Source: Lingula anatina (lineage: Eukaryota; Animalia; Brachiopoda). Taken from it: DNA of 64,000 nucleotides. Every line of letters starts with the position of its first letter. The first letter of the stretch is position 1. Positions 12,036-23,504 of the stretch are shown here, one piece after another. The stretch covers positions 15,414,651-15,478,650 of the forward strand of contig CM120647.1 of the NCBI GenBank assembly GCA_051362555.1. The letters run 5' to 3'. Position numbers and translations under genes: made by a program. Under the pieces are notes generated by a model that saw nothing but the letters and a program-made list of their open reading frames with translations, searched no databases and had not been told where the DNA came from.

Positions 12036-13993
12036 AAGGTGTGTGATCACATTCTTCATGGCAATATTTTCACAACTAAATGTTCTGACCAGCTACTTAA
12101 TTTACGTAAATGTTGTTTATTGTGTTAATATGAGACTAATAAAACCGAGTAGTAGATTCCACAATCAGATTGGTGCTGTTATTGTGATATATTATAAGAA
12201 TGGCTTAAAACAATGGTTATAGGCACCACAAAAAACTCTTTTTCATATCAAATACCGATTGTGCAAAGACATTAGTTTAATGACCAAAACAAAGAGAGAG
12301 AGAGAGAGAGAGAGAGGCATGGTGTGCATGTGTGTTTTCGAGTATGTGTGTGAGAGAGAATATGAGGAGGAGGAAGAAAGAGACAGGTTGTGCGTATGTA
12401 TGTCATATACTCCGGTTTTCATATACGGCATTTATTTCCATTTATTTTCGTGTTATTATCCAATGGAAGCTAAATGATGTGCATTGTATATATGGGCGTC
12501 GTGCTGTAAATGGTCAGTTTAATGCAACAGTTCTTTATTTTACAGTGTATACTTACAATATTTTTATGTTTTCAGAATAGCCTCCCGTCGAGAGGAAACA
12601 TGACCAGTTACGGAAGAAAACACGAAACTAGTCACTCAGCTAAATGTAAAGCTGGTGTATCTGGACATTTTTGTGAATTTTGAGTTCAGCAATAAGTGGT
12701 CATAATAAAGATTGTAGTAAATACGGTGTATCTACTGCATTGTCAAAGTCCCAATTTCACCACCTTTGTCGTTGTTGGAAATCGTTTGAATGCTTAATAC
12801 GTATATTAAACCAATGGGTCATGGAGCACTAAAATTAGAGGCACTTTCATTTATTTCATTAGTATAAATGAAAAAGCTAACTTATCAAGTTCGTTCCATT
12901 AAAGTGGAATGTTATAGTAATAGTAACGGTGGGCCAATTTTGTGCACAGGTTAGTCATGTCAAGTACCAATAAATAAATAGCCTTTGATACACTTTCTTT
13001 ATGGAATTCTAATAGCCAATAAGGGCTAGAACCAAAAGATGTTGAGTATTTTTAATCAACATTTTTAAACAATTTGTGTTACTGAAATTAAGGAGAAATC
13101 TTGCTACACAGAAAACCTGCCAAAGCAGGTTTTCTGCACTATTTGTCATTTGTCAAATTCCTGGCACATGTAATATTCATGTAGATTTTAACTTCTTTTT
13201 TAATGTGATGCCCAAACACAAATTTAACACAATTCACCCCATTGTGTCGTAATAAAAGACTAAACAGAAAAAGGGAAAGTTTGTCAAAAATACTTCATTT
13301 TTTTTAGAAACTAATCCCAATTTATAAAAAAAAATGCTACGTTGCAATAACACATCGAAAAAAACTTTTTACGGCATTCATTGGTCAGCTGCATCATGTA
13401 CTGTTTTCTGCCGAAACCACTTTAACATCTGTCGCAAAAATGGAACAGATTCTATAAAAGTGCTATTAGATATCACCTGGAATTCTGACAAAAATAGAAT
13501 GACACATTTAAAAAAGTAATGAAGCGGCGAGCATACATAGTCTCATGGTTTTCTTTCACATATTGTTCATCTTAACCTATGACGGCATGTAACATTGATA
13601 AAATAGCTCTTTTAAGACATAATACATTTTGGGGAATATAAGATAAGGAATAAATTGGTATCATGCTTTAATTAACATTTCTTTAGTAAATGTTACTAAA
13701 TCAATCTACATGCCTTCTCTTTAAACATTAACATCTTTTAAAGTATCATCCTCAGATGTATTATACAAATTACAGGTAATGAAACACAACTATATCTCAT
13801 TTGCCACACCTGTAATTTATCCTTAAGAGAATGCAGATATTTTCAAAACTTCTCGACAAAATAGGAATGGCCAGACTTTTTCCTATAATCTGCACAAAAC
13901 CTAGATAATTAAAATAACACACTAACAAATGGCAGCTCGCCTTTAAATTAACATGTCTTTAGTAGATGTTACTAAATCAACCTACATGCCTTT

Positions 13994-16900
13994 TAGTCTA
14001 GTGGGATTTCCACAAAAGATGAAAAGTAGGGGCATTTTGGGGTAAAAGTTGGGAACCAGGCTAATGAGCATAATTTTGGGATGCTGAATCCGATTTATCC
14101 GGTTCCCAAGCGAAATTTTGCGTTTTAACGGTCTAATTTGCAAAAAAAAACAAAATGGCCGCCAGATTTCCTATTTTCTGCAATATCTCTGGAACTCAAC
14201 AGGCGAATATGACAAATGAAGTGTCTTTACCTATATTTTCAGGGTCGAGGAACATTATTAAGATTTACGCAATTTTCCTAAATATGCAAATTAGGATCGC
14301 CATTACTTAAAAATCGTTTTACTTCTGTATCTCTGTAACTAGGCAAGCAAACATGACAAATGAAGTGTCTACACCTATGTTCTCAGGGTCAGAGAATGTA
14401 ATACATCAGATGTCTTGTCTTATGGGTAGCACTGACTTTGTGAATCGTGTCCGAGTAGCACCTTTTATTGTTTCTTCCCTGTATCTGTCAAACACAAGTC
14501 AATCTGCTGATAGTTAGCACTGCTTTTTCGTTAACTAGGCAAGCAAACATGACATATGAAGTGCCCACACCCATGTTTTCAGCGTTAGGGAAAGTGATTA
14601 AGACAATTTCACTATAATCAAATCAGCAATGAGTGCTACACTGTCACACTGTAGCAATTATTCGAATCTGAATTAAATTTTGCAATTAAATACTGCGCTG
14701 CCATTGGGATGTTAACATATTGGATCACACAACTGCCCCTTTTACCTAGATTTAAAAAATATTACCTTATTAATGCAATGGAGGGATTTGCTGAATCAGG
14801 TAATTCATGTGATGCAATGTACAGACTTCACATTTGAAATGGATTTTTTTCTAACATATTTTCTTTGAATTTTTCCCATATATTAGTAATAGATGAAAAA
14901 CACTTGTTATCGTGTTCGATATGGCTTAAATAAATCAACCCGTGTGAATACATCATCAAAAATTTAATTTAAATACGTATTCAAATCAGCATTTTAACAG
15001 CGCATGGATAATTTTATAGCTGATAACAACGAGGTATTAAATTCTTATGAACTGGATATTATCAAGAATATCTGTTGGTGAGGATTTTCTCTCTCACAAA
15101 AGAATCATCAATACAAATGTGAAAAATGGTAACTGATAACAACGCGTGCAGCCTCTTCTAGCTGCAACCAGAGCCCTCATTCCATGCAGAGAGGTTTCTG
15201 AAATTATGATCCAGTATTGTGTTACACGCATTAGTCAGAGCTTGCCTAAGCTTGTGCCGACTTGTAGGGCGGACGGGTAAGCTCTTGATTCTGCTAGCGA
15301 TTTATGCCCACTGGTTTTCTATAGAATTCATGTCAGGGGAATTTCGTCGGCCAAGGCAACTGGTTTACCTCTTGGTTTTGAAGAAAAGCAGTTATTGCAT
15401 GGGCATGGTGTGGTCGGGCATTGTCATCTTGCAGGAGGAAGTTGTCCCGGAAGTACTTTCTTACAAATTTCAAGCAAGTATTCTCTAAAATGTCCCTGTA
15501 TTTTATCTGGTTGAGGTTTCCGTCAATTGCCACCAATAGTGTTTTGGCTCCAGAGTAGAAACCGGCCCATACACAGATACTGCCACGGCCACAAGTCACT
15601 GTAGTGTGACACAATTCTCGTGCAGTAACTCGTCTGGAAACCTACTGATCATGACTCTGATTCAGCCATCGCGGTGGTGGAACTCAAACCCTGCCTCATC
15701 TGTAAAAATCTACATGAACCCAGTGCTGTGCCTGGAACCGCAAATGGCGTCTAGCCCACCATGTTGCTCTGTTCATAGAGTTAACCAGCTAAAAGTAGCC
15801 TTGCATTCTCTAGAGTTCTAGAAACATGCTTTTGAATGGTAATTTGCCACTCATTTTGTACAGCAAGAGTTGTTTTGTCCGGTTGTTGCGACATAACCGA
15901 AGAAGCAAGCGGTTTTTCCCTTCTGGTAGTGACTTTAGGACATCCTGGCCGTGGTCTCTATGTTAATGCACCAATCTCGGCATGTGTCTGTAAGACGTTA
16001 GAAACTGCTCCCTTGGACACATTCAGCTGTCTGGCAATAGCAGTTTGCTTCTGTCCATTCTGGCATAATGCAACAATAGTGTGGCAAGTTGCTGCCGTTA
16101 GTTCACATACCGTAAGTTCAGCTAAGAGTCTGCAAAATATCAAACTCTTCTGACTGGACGTTGCCGAAATAAAGAGACTTATTCTGCAGAACTGCTGCCC
16201 GTTTATACGCATTCTGTAACCAGCCAAAGAGGACTGCCCAGAGAAACTGCCACATATTGCGTAAGGCGGGCCCTGACCTCCCCCCCCCCATTCGATTTCT
16301 GGTCCCCCCTTGAAATTATAATTTTTACTAGCTGAATCATAGTTGTAAACCATACCAAATGGCACCGTTCGCCCTCTTAAATACCAAAATTCAACAAAGC
16401 ATCCGCGGACTCCCCCTTCAAATAATCCTGGATCCGCCTCTGCTCACCTTGCCTTATAACTGATGGGCAAGCACTGACAATTTCACTGGGAAAGCCTGAC
16501 AATGCAGTGACCTTTGGTAGTTTGGCTGACACGTACGTAATGAGCAGTTCTGAAGGCAGGTTCTAACTATCAGCAGATTGACTTGTGTTTGACAGATACA
16601 GGGAAGAAACAATAAAAGGAGCTACTCGGACACGATTCACAAAGTTAGTGCTACCCATAAGACAAGAAATCTGATTAATTACAATCCCTGACCCTGAGAA
16701 CATAGGTGTAGACACTTCATTTGTCATGTTTGCTTGCCTAGTTACAGAGATACAGAAGTAAAACGGTTTTTCAGTAATGGCGATCCTAATTTGCATATTT
16801 AGGAAAATTGCGTAAATCTAATTCTAACAAAAACATCTTAATAATGTTCCTCGACCCTGAAAATATAGGTAAAGAAACTTTATTTGTCATATTTGCCTGT

Positions 16901-17113
16901 CTAGTTCCAGAGGTATTGCAGAAAATAGGAAATCTGGCGGCCATTTTGTTTTTTTGCAAATTAGACCGTTAAAAACGCAAAATTTCGCTTGGGAACCGGG
17001 TAAATCGGATTCAGCATCCCAAAATTATGCTAATAAGCCTGGTTCCCAACTTTTACCCCAAAATGCCCCTTGCCTCTTATGCAGAGCCTTTTTCCAAAAA
17101 TCTCACTAGACTA
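13994..17113. mobile_element. Non-autonomous DNA transposon with ~520 bp TIRs (Academ-like)
   Basis: TAGTCTAGTG...CACTAGACTA termini. 13994-~14518 is the inverse of ~16563-17113. 3-bp TTT duplication on both sides; the empty site is visible in the adjacent duplicate at ~13710. Confidence 0.8.
15200..16120 (-). pseudogene. Degraded Tc1-family transposase
   Basis: HTH IVALCQNGQKQTAIARQLNVSKGAVS, then IFTDEAGF, GRGSICVWAGF, LQDDNARPH and WPTKFPDMNSIENQW, split by frameshifts. Confidence 0.85.
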
Positions 17114-17422
17114 TTTTCTTTAAACATTAAACATCTTTTAAAGTATCATCCTCAGATGTATTTTTCAAATCTCAGTTAATGAAATACAGCTATATCTCAT
17201 TTGCCACACCTGTAAGGATCATAATATGTGCCTTGATCTAAGACATCCTGTACACATGCCATAAAAACAAACTGGTAGCTTGGCCAATTAACTTGGTCAA
17301 TTAACTTGCCCATTATGCTGTTAACAATGCAAATACACTATTAAGACGTGGTCTGGGCCAGGTCCTAATTAGGATGTGGTCTGGGCCATTTAGGAAATGG
17401 ACTAGATTAGTACTGAGCCTAT

Positions 17423-17461
<39 letters not shown>

Positions 17462-17683
17462 TCATTAGTATTCAAGCTTCTGCATTATATTTGATAAACT
17501 GACTAACAGACTGGTTTATCATCGCCGTAAAAGACGAATGTGTCTCCATTATTATAGTGTATTTAACAACCTCCTCTAACCATGGATATCCCTTTTTAAA
17601 CTTCTCATCTTATTCAACATGAAAGATAAAATCGTAAATTTAAATAGAAAAAATTCAATCAATCAATGAATAAATAAAAAAAA

Positions 17684-17743
<60 letters not shown>

Positions 17744-19629
17744 AAATCATGCTTTGTCAAAAAATAATATTGATAAAAATGTCACTTGAAGGAACGAAGA
17801 AATATACTCATACATATGAACGTGCTGTTGAACAGTGTCGAAGAGTTTGTGGACGAGTCAGCACATTGTGCAGTGGCTTTTCCTGATTCTTTTTTCACAT
17901 ACTCTCACCAATTTGAAGTCTTATTAGTCAAAAGCAATACCTTTGTGACGCTTTCTGCTTTCCTCGGATTGATTTTTTTTCATTGAGGTGAAAATGAAGA
18001 GTTTCACATAAATAAAAAGGGAAAATGAAAAGGGTGCTACATAATTTGATCTTGTTGATATCAATCAACCCTTCAGAGATTGCTGTTTATGTAATTGTTT
18101 CCACATCCTTATTGATAGAGATATAAAAGATATGTTTACTAGTACTGATTATTTGGACAGGACTAAAGCCACTAAAGGAACATAGACTTGATAGTCACTA
18201 TAATACTTCAATAATAGTGTGCAAAAATATTGCTGAAAACTAATAGCTGGTGGTTTACCACCTAATTGTTGGCTTATAATATCCAAACAGAAAGACAGAA
18301 AAGGGATGGAAAAAAATAATGGAAAAGGGTATTTTGCTGTTTAATATACACTGTTCATGCCCTCTCTAGGATTCATGAACAACATTTTGTAAAAGAACAT
18401 GCAAAATATGGTAATGTGATTAACAGAGTTCAATGTCTAGAGGAGTTCTTTAACATAAAACAACCAAATAGTGCATTTAAATCATTGAAATTGTAACATA
18501 ATTATGCCTTGGTTTTAAAGGTGGATTAATTTCTATAATAATGTTGATTTATCATTTTTCCCTACTATTATAACTTGACAGATATTTGATCAACATGTCT
18601 CAGAATGTGGTATATGTTGAATTAAGAATGTTTATGAAATATGTATCCATTAAAGATACCTAACTGCCAGTTAAAATAAGAAAACATCCTACTTATCTCA
18701 TCAATGTCAAATGTTACACAAATAACATTTATAAATATATATGCTAGCCACTTTTAGTTTGCTCGTGTGCCACTGAAAATTTTGACCTAATCTTTAGATA
18801 TTGATTTTGTAATAATCTCACTCAAAACATCGTAAAATGGAGTTGGGACCAAAACCTATACGGAAAGTAACATATATCAAGATAGAAATGGAATTACCGA
18901 CCATATTTAACACAAGTACTCATCAAAGTAGAAATAGATGAAAATGTAAACAAACATTTTCCCGTACAGTTTCCAGTTTACAAGTTGTGATGAAAGTTAT
19001 AATGTTGCCAAGGAAAAATGTCACCTCGACGTGCGAATTTGGCATACATAAACTCGGTTAAATCAAAATTTTCCAAATAAAATATTACATGGGTATGAAG
19101 CCTAAATACCCAATTTATATACCATCTTATTGGAAATAGTAGATATTTACTTCTGTAGATAATATTGACGTAACGTAATGGCAAGTAAAAAAATACGTAC
19201 ATTTCCTGACACTATGTGTCCTATTGTAAATGGATAAAGAAATACTAAAAAATAGAAAAGAACTAAGAAATTCAAACCTCTTATCTAGACCGGTAGTTTG
19301 TATTTATTTGCCATGGGAAATGTCAAATATGGTATGTAGAATAAAATCACTGTTGAAAATGGCTAACAGAAGTGAGATGATCACTTGTAAACAAACACAT
19401 AGGACTTAGGGTGGGACAACATTTTTGACCAAGTCGGTACACACGCAATATAAACTATTTTGCATTATTTCATTCATGCTGTCATTGCTCATTCTCTACT
19501 ACAGAAAAAACGTGGACAGTAGCACTGTATGGCGCGACACGCATTAACGTTACATGTAGTTGGAATGTTTTGTGGTCAACTCTGCAAGTGAAAACTTTGA
19601 TTCAATTTCACTACCACGCTAATTTGCCA

Positions 19630-20060
19630 ATCGTTGACAGTTATGATCTAACACCCTTGGCTATTGTAATTTGTGTTGGCTACAGTCACTGGATGACTAT
19701 TGCCATGACCCTATAGCGACGGTGTGTCGTTACCGAGCGAGACACCTGTAACAACACAATAGGCATCTTTAATGCTGTTTCTCTTTATTCTTCTTTGACT
19801 TGACATCATTGTTTGCTGGGCCTGATACTGGAGTTTGTGACCCATGTTCCTTCTCCAGATTATTTAACCTATGTTTGGGGTAAATGGCCGTTGGCTCTTA
19901 AAGGAGCTAGTCGCTCTCTGACAGATTTTGTTTTTAGTCCTGCTGAGTGTTCACGCACCCTCCTCGCTGGGCAAGCCCGGTGGGGGAGCCGTTTTAGCCG
20001 CCGACAACCCAACCATGGAACAGGTAGTACTGGTTTACGTTACCACTAGCAGGCGAAACC
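19630..20060. repeat. GC-richer interspersed repeat, possibly a retroelement 3' end
   Basis: Near-identical to ~51600-52030 and absent upstream of the other peptide genes. Class not determinable by eye. Confidence 0.4.
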
Positions 20061-20408
20061 TGACTTGACTGGCTTAGCATTTCTAGCGGGCTTTAATGAA
20101 CTGTTTTAGGGCACAATTATTAGTTTCGCTGTGTGTTTCAAAAGGAAGCGAAATACCATTGTAAGTATAAGCACTCACAACTGCCTATCTGCAAATTTTG
20201 AATTACTTTACATTTTTAGTATATCTTATTGAGTGTGATTTCGATCAAGACCTTTTTTGTCAAGTTACGACATACTAATGTAACATTAAAATTATATTTG
20301 CCCCTAGCGGAGATAATATCTGCCTAGATTACGGTCTCAGTACTGACGTATCTCTTTTCTTTGCGTCCGTTACGCTTTAAGTCATTATAAATACTTTGTG
20401 ACTCTCAC

Positions 20409-20466
20409 CTTCTATGACAACAGTGGCAAAGAGTACTATGAGCACAAGAAGAACGCAAGACTTCAC
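20409..20466 (-). pseudogene. Inverted signal-peptide exon 1 with ATG changed to GTG
   Basis: Reads (V)KSCVLLVLIVLFATVVIE, then G|GTGAGA, on the minus strand. Confidence 0.85.
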
Positions 20467-20669
20467 TGTTCTAGGGCCACTGGACGTTGCCCTAGCAGGA
20501 GACTGCATCAGTTCTCTAACATTTCTAATTAACATTGTAACATTTCTAATTAAATTTCGCACTAGCTGAGATGACGTTTGACTAAATTATGGTTTGAGTA
20601 CAGACGTATCTCTTTTCTTTGCGTCAGTACTTACGCTTCAAGTCATTATGAATATTTTGTGTCTCTTAC

Positions 20670-20726
20670 CTTCTATGACACAGTGGTAAAGAGCTCTAAG
20701 AGCGAAAGAAGAGCGCAAGACTTCAT
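20670..20726 (-). pseudogene. Second inverted exon 1, frameshifted
   Basis: ATG intact but the exon is 57 nt (1-nt deletion), giving MKSCALLSLLELFTTVS*. TATAAATA lies upstream on the minus strand at ~20800. Confidence 0.8.
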
Positions 20727-22173
20727 TGTTCCAATGGAAGTTGTCCTAGCAGGAGACTTGATCAGTTCTCTACGATGAGACTTGCAACCTAAGCCGCTAT
20801 TTATACGTTTCTGTGCAAGTTAATCACTATCAATCTTCAGCAAGAAAACACAGAATAATAATGTCATGAAATATGGTCCCAACAAGGTATTTTCTGTTTC
20901 AAACTCTTCCTTAATCATTTATACACGGTGTTACGTAAGAAAACCATTATCATTTGTCAAAGCGACGTCTAAAAGCAGAAGCGCTCTCTCATTTTGTTTT
21001 CTTTTTCTCCTTTTTTAGTTCCTAACCTAAACAATTTTGCAAACATTACCCTTTTCCTGTCGTAATAAAAATGATAGGCAAAACTTAATATAATTTTCAT
21101 TGTTGCATTATTTTAATTCAAATTCTAAAAAAGTTTATTTTGTAAGGGAAATCTTATCCTCTAATATCTATACATAAGATATGCATAAGATACAAGCACG
21201 CAAAAGATGCACTTGCAGTAGACCCGTCGTATTCACATCTTTCGTACAAGATCTGAAAAAATGCTGTGAATTTATCTTAAACTGAATAAATAAAAACAAT
21301 AATTCAATTATTGCTATTTTTAATATTAATTTTATTTTACTCGAGGCTTATATTTGTTGAATTATAAATTTCACTATATTTTCTTCTTATATTATTGGAA
21401 ACTGACCTCTGGATTTTATTGAGAAAATCAGACCGTTCAGCAATGTATTATCTTTAAATCGCAATTGAGAAGTTTCACAATTTTTGTTTTAATGATGAAA
21501 AACTTCCCCTTGATTCTGTATTCTGCACTCGCCAAACACCGCTGCAAAAGACATTCCTTTATCTTATGGACTATTCTGTGGCTGGTAAAAAATACTCCCG
21601 GCCCTAATGATTGCATAAATACAATACGTAAATGTATTAAAATTTTATCAATCTTCAACAAGGACACATACAGAATGAGATATGGTCCCAGCAAGGTATT
21701 TTCTGTTTCAAACATTTCCTTAATCATTATTACGTAACTCAACGCAATAAAACAATAAACATTTGTTAAAGTGTCTTCTAATGACAAGTATTACCTGCTT
21801 GTTCAAAATCCTTCCCGTTTAATGCAATCTACCAGCACATTTATTTCTGCACTTATTTTTTTTCTACAAGTACATGCTTCCTTTATTCTTTAATACACAC
21901 AGAATAATATCAAAAATTAAACCGAGCCTTTTTGCCGTTGAAATAAAACCGTCACTTACACACTACGATTCATTCTTAAACATCTGCTGTCGATTGGTGA
22001 GGAGGATGTTACCTTTTAGCAAATGAATTTACCACGTATGTGATAAAACAAAATGACAAATTCAATGGAAATTAGTCAATTTGTTTAGTTTAATTTGCAT
22101 TTTTATAATTTATCTTGACACTGTCAAATTAGAAAATATCTTAAAAAAAAAGAAAATATCTTTAAAAAAATAA

Positions 22174-22257
<84 letters not shown>

Positions 22258-22370
22258 GAGAATAAAGTTGATACACTATGGAAAAGTGCTCCACCCATGC
22301 ATGGGCAGCTAGTGTAGAAAGACAAGGAACAAATTAGTCTTTTCTCTCCATTTAATTAAAAATTTTAAAA

Positions 22371-22411
22371 GCCCGACACATGTTTCGGCCCGGAGGCCTC
22401 GTCAGGGGCGC
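22371..22411 (-). ncRNA. Minimal type I hammerhead ribozyme (Penelope-like)
   Basis: Minus strand: gccc CTGACGA ggcc-tccg-ggcc GAAA c-atgt-GTC gggc. Full catalytic core, 4-bp stem I, stem II, and a minimal palindromic stem III. Confidence 0.8.
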
Positions 22412-22490
22412 AAACAGAAACAAAATACAAAAACAAAATGCAAAAAAATACAAAAAAAGACTGATTATAAATGGTATTTTGTTTCTGTTT

Positions 22491-22531
22491 GCGTCCCTGA
22501 CGAGGCCTCCGGGCCGAAACACGTGTCGAGC
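22491..22531 (+). ncRNA. Minimal type I hammerhead ribozyme, inverted partner
   Basis: gtcc CTGACGA ggcc-tccg-ggcc GAAA c-acgt-GTC gagc. Stem I has a mismatch; predicted cleavage after 22527. Confidence 0.7.
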
Positions 22532-22577
22532 TTTTTAAATTTTAAATTAAATGGAGAGAAAAGACTAATTTGTTCCT

Positions 22578-22667
<90 letters not shown>

Positions 22668-22945
22668 TCTCTTCTATGAGGTGTGTCTGTCCTTTGTAGA
22701 TCACTCTCAAAAATATGCTAAAATAACCCATAATTTAATTAAATTTAATAATTTGTCACGATAAACACTTACCAGTTAGAAATTGAATTTTATCTAGACA
22801 AAGAAAGTGTGTTTGGAGTTAAGGAAGGGCATAGCTGGTGCCACCCATTACTGGCACAAATTTAGAAAGAACACAACATTTTAAGTCCACTGTGTTGTTT
22901 TCTTCAATTAACATGGGAATTGAGAAATTACGCGCAAAATAAATA

Positions 22946-23292
22946 ATAATATTTTTTTTTATAATAATGATATTAATAATAAATTTATTTTAAGTCTAAA
23001 ATCTATTTAAAATGTTCAGTAGACTTTACCTAAAATATCATAAATAATACTATATATAATATCATAAATAAAATCTAGGTAAAACAACCATTATTCCATA
23101 CAATTAAATGCAATTAATACAAGATTTATAAAACCGATTAAGAGTTAATCAAAATATTTCCTAAAAAAAGTATGTTTTGAGTCCTTTTTAAAATGTTTGG
23201 TAGACTTAATTGCTCGGATTTCGAGCGGTAATGGATTCCATTCCTGCAGCTTTAAAAGATATATCACCGTAGGTTTTTAATCGCATTTTGTG
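22946..23292 (-). mobile_element. 3' fragment of an L2/CR1-type LINE in intron 1 of copy C
   Basis: Minus strand reads EWNPLPLEIRAIKSTKHFKK, matching the WNxLP...IR...FK end of L2/CR1 ORF2, followed by an AT-rich tail. Absent in the duplicate (empty site ~54158). Confidence 0.65.
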
Positions 23293-23348
23293 ATGCACAT
23301 GGACTTTCAGTAACGCGATTATATTTTCATTTTTTTATTTTGATATAG

Positions 23349-23504
23349 ACACAGTAGGGCAAAGTGTACACAGCCGGGCAAAGTGTAGCGCGTGCTTCGT
23401 GCGAATGCTGTGGTCGCACGTGTAGCAGCGACCATGGGAGTTGCAGGTGCGGCGGAAGGCCTCCCCACTGCTACTGCCTTGCAGTTGATCACACAACAGC
23501 GTAA
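23349..23504 (+). pseudogene. Orphan exon 2, copy C
   Basis: Core AGQSVARASCECCGRTCSSDHGSCRCGGRPPHCYCLAVDHTTA* is intact. A 19-nt duplication follows the acceptor, its own exon 1 is inverted, and exon 3 is deleted. Confidence 0.8.

Larger units (their letters stand above)
20107..22091 (-). other. Inversion carrying the promoter and exon 1 of copy C
   Basis: Plus-strand upstream sequence (ctagcggg...aactgttt) switches to reverse-complemented intron 1 at ~20107 and returns to plus-strand intron 1 (aatttgcat) at ~22091. Confidence 0.85.

Noticed and set aside
20107-22091. Recombinase-driven invertible promoter switch
   Set aside because: No flanking inverted repeats or recombinase, and the inverted exon 1 has lost its ATG, so flipping back would not simply restore the gene.
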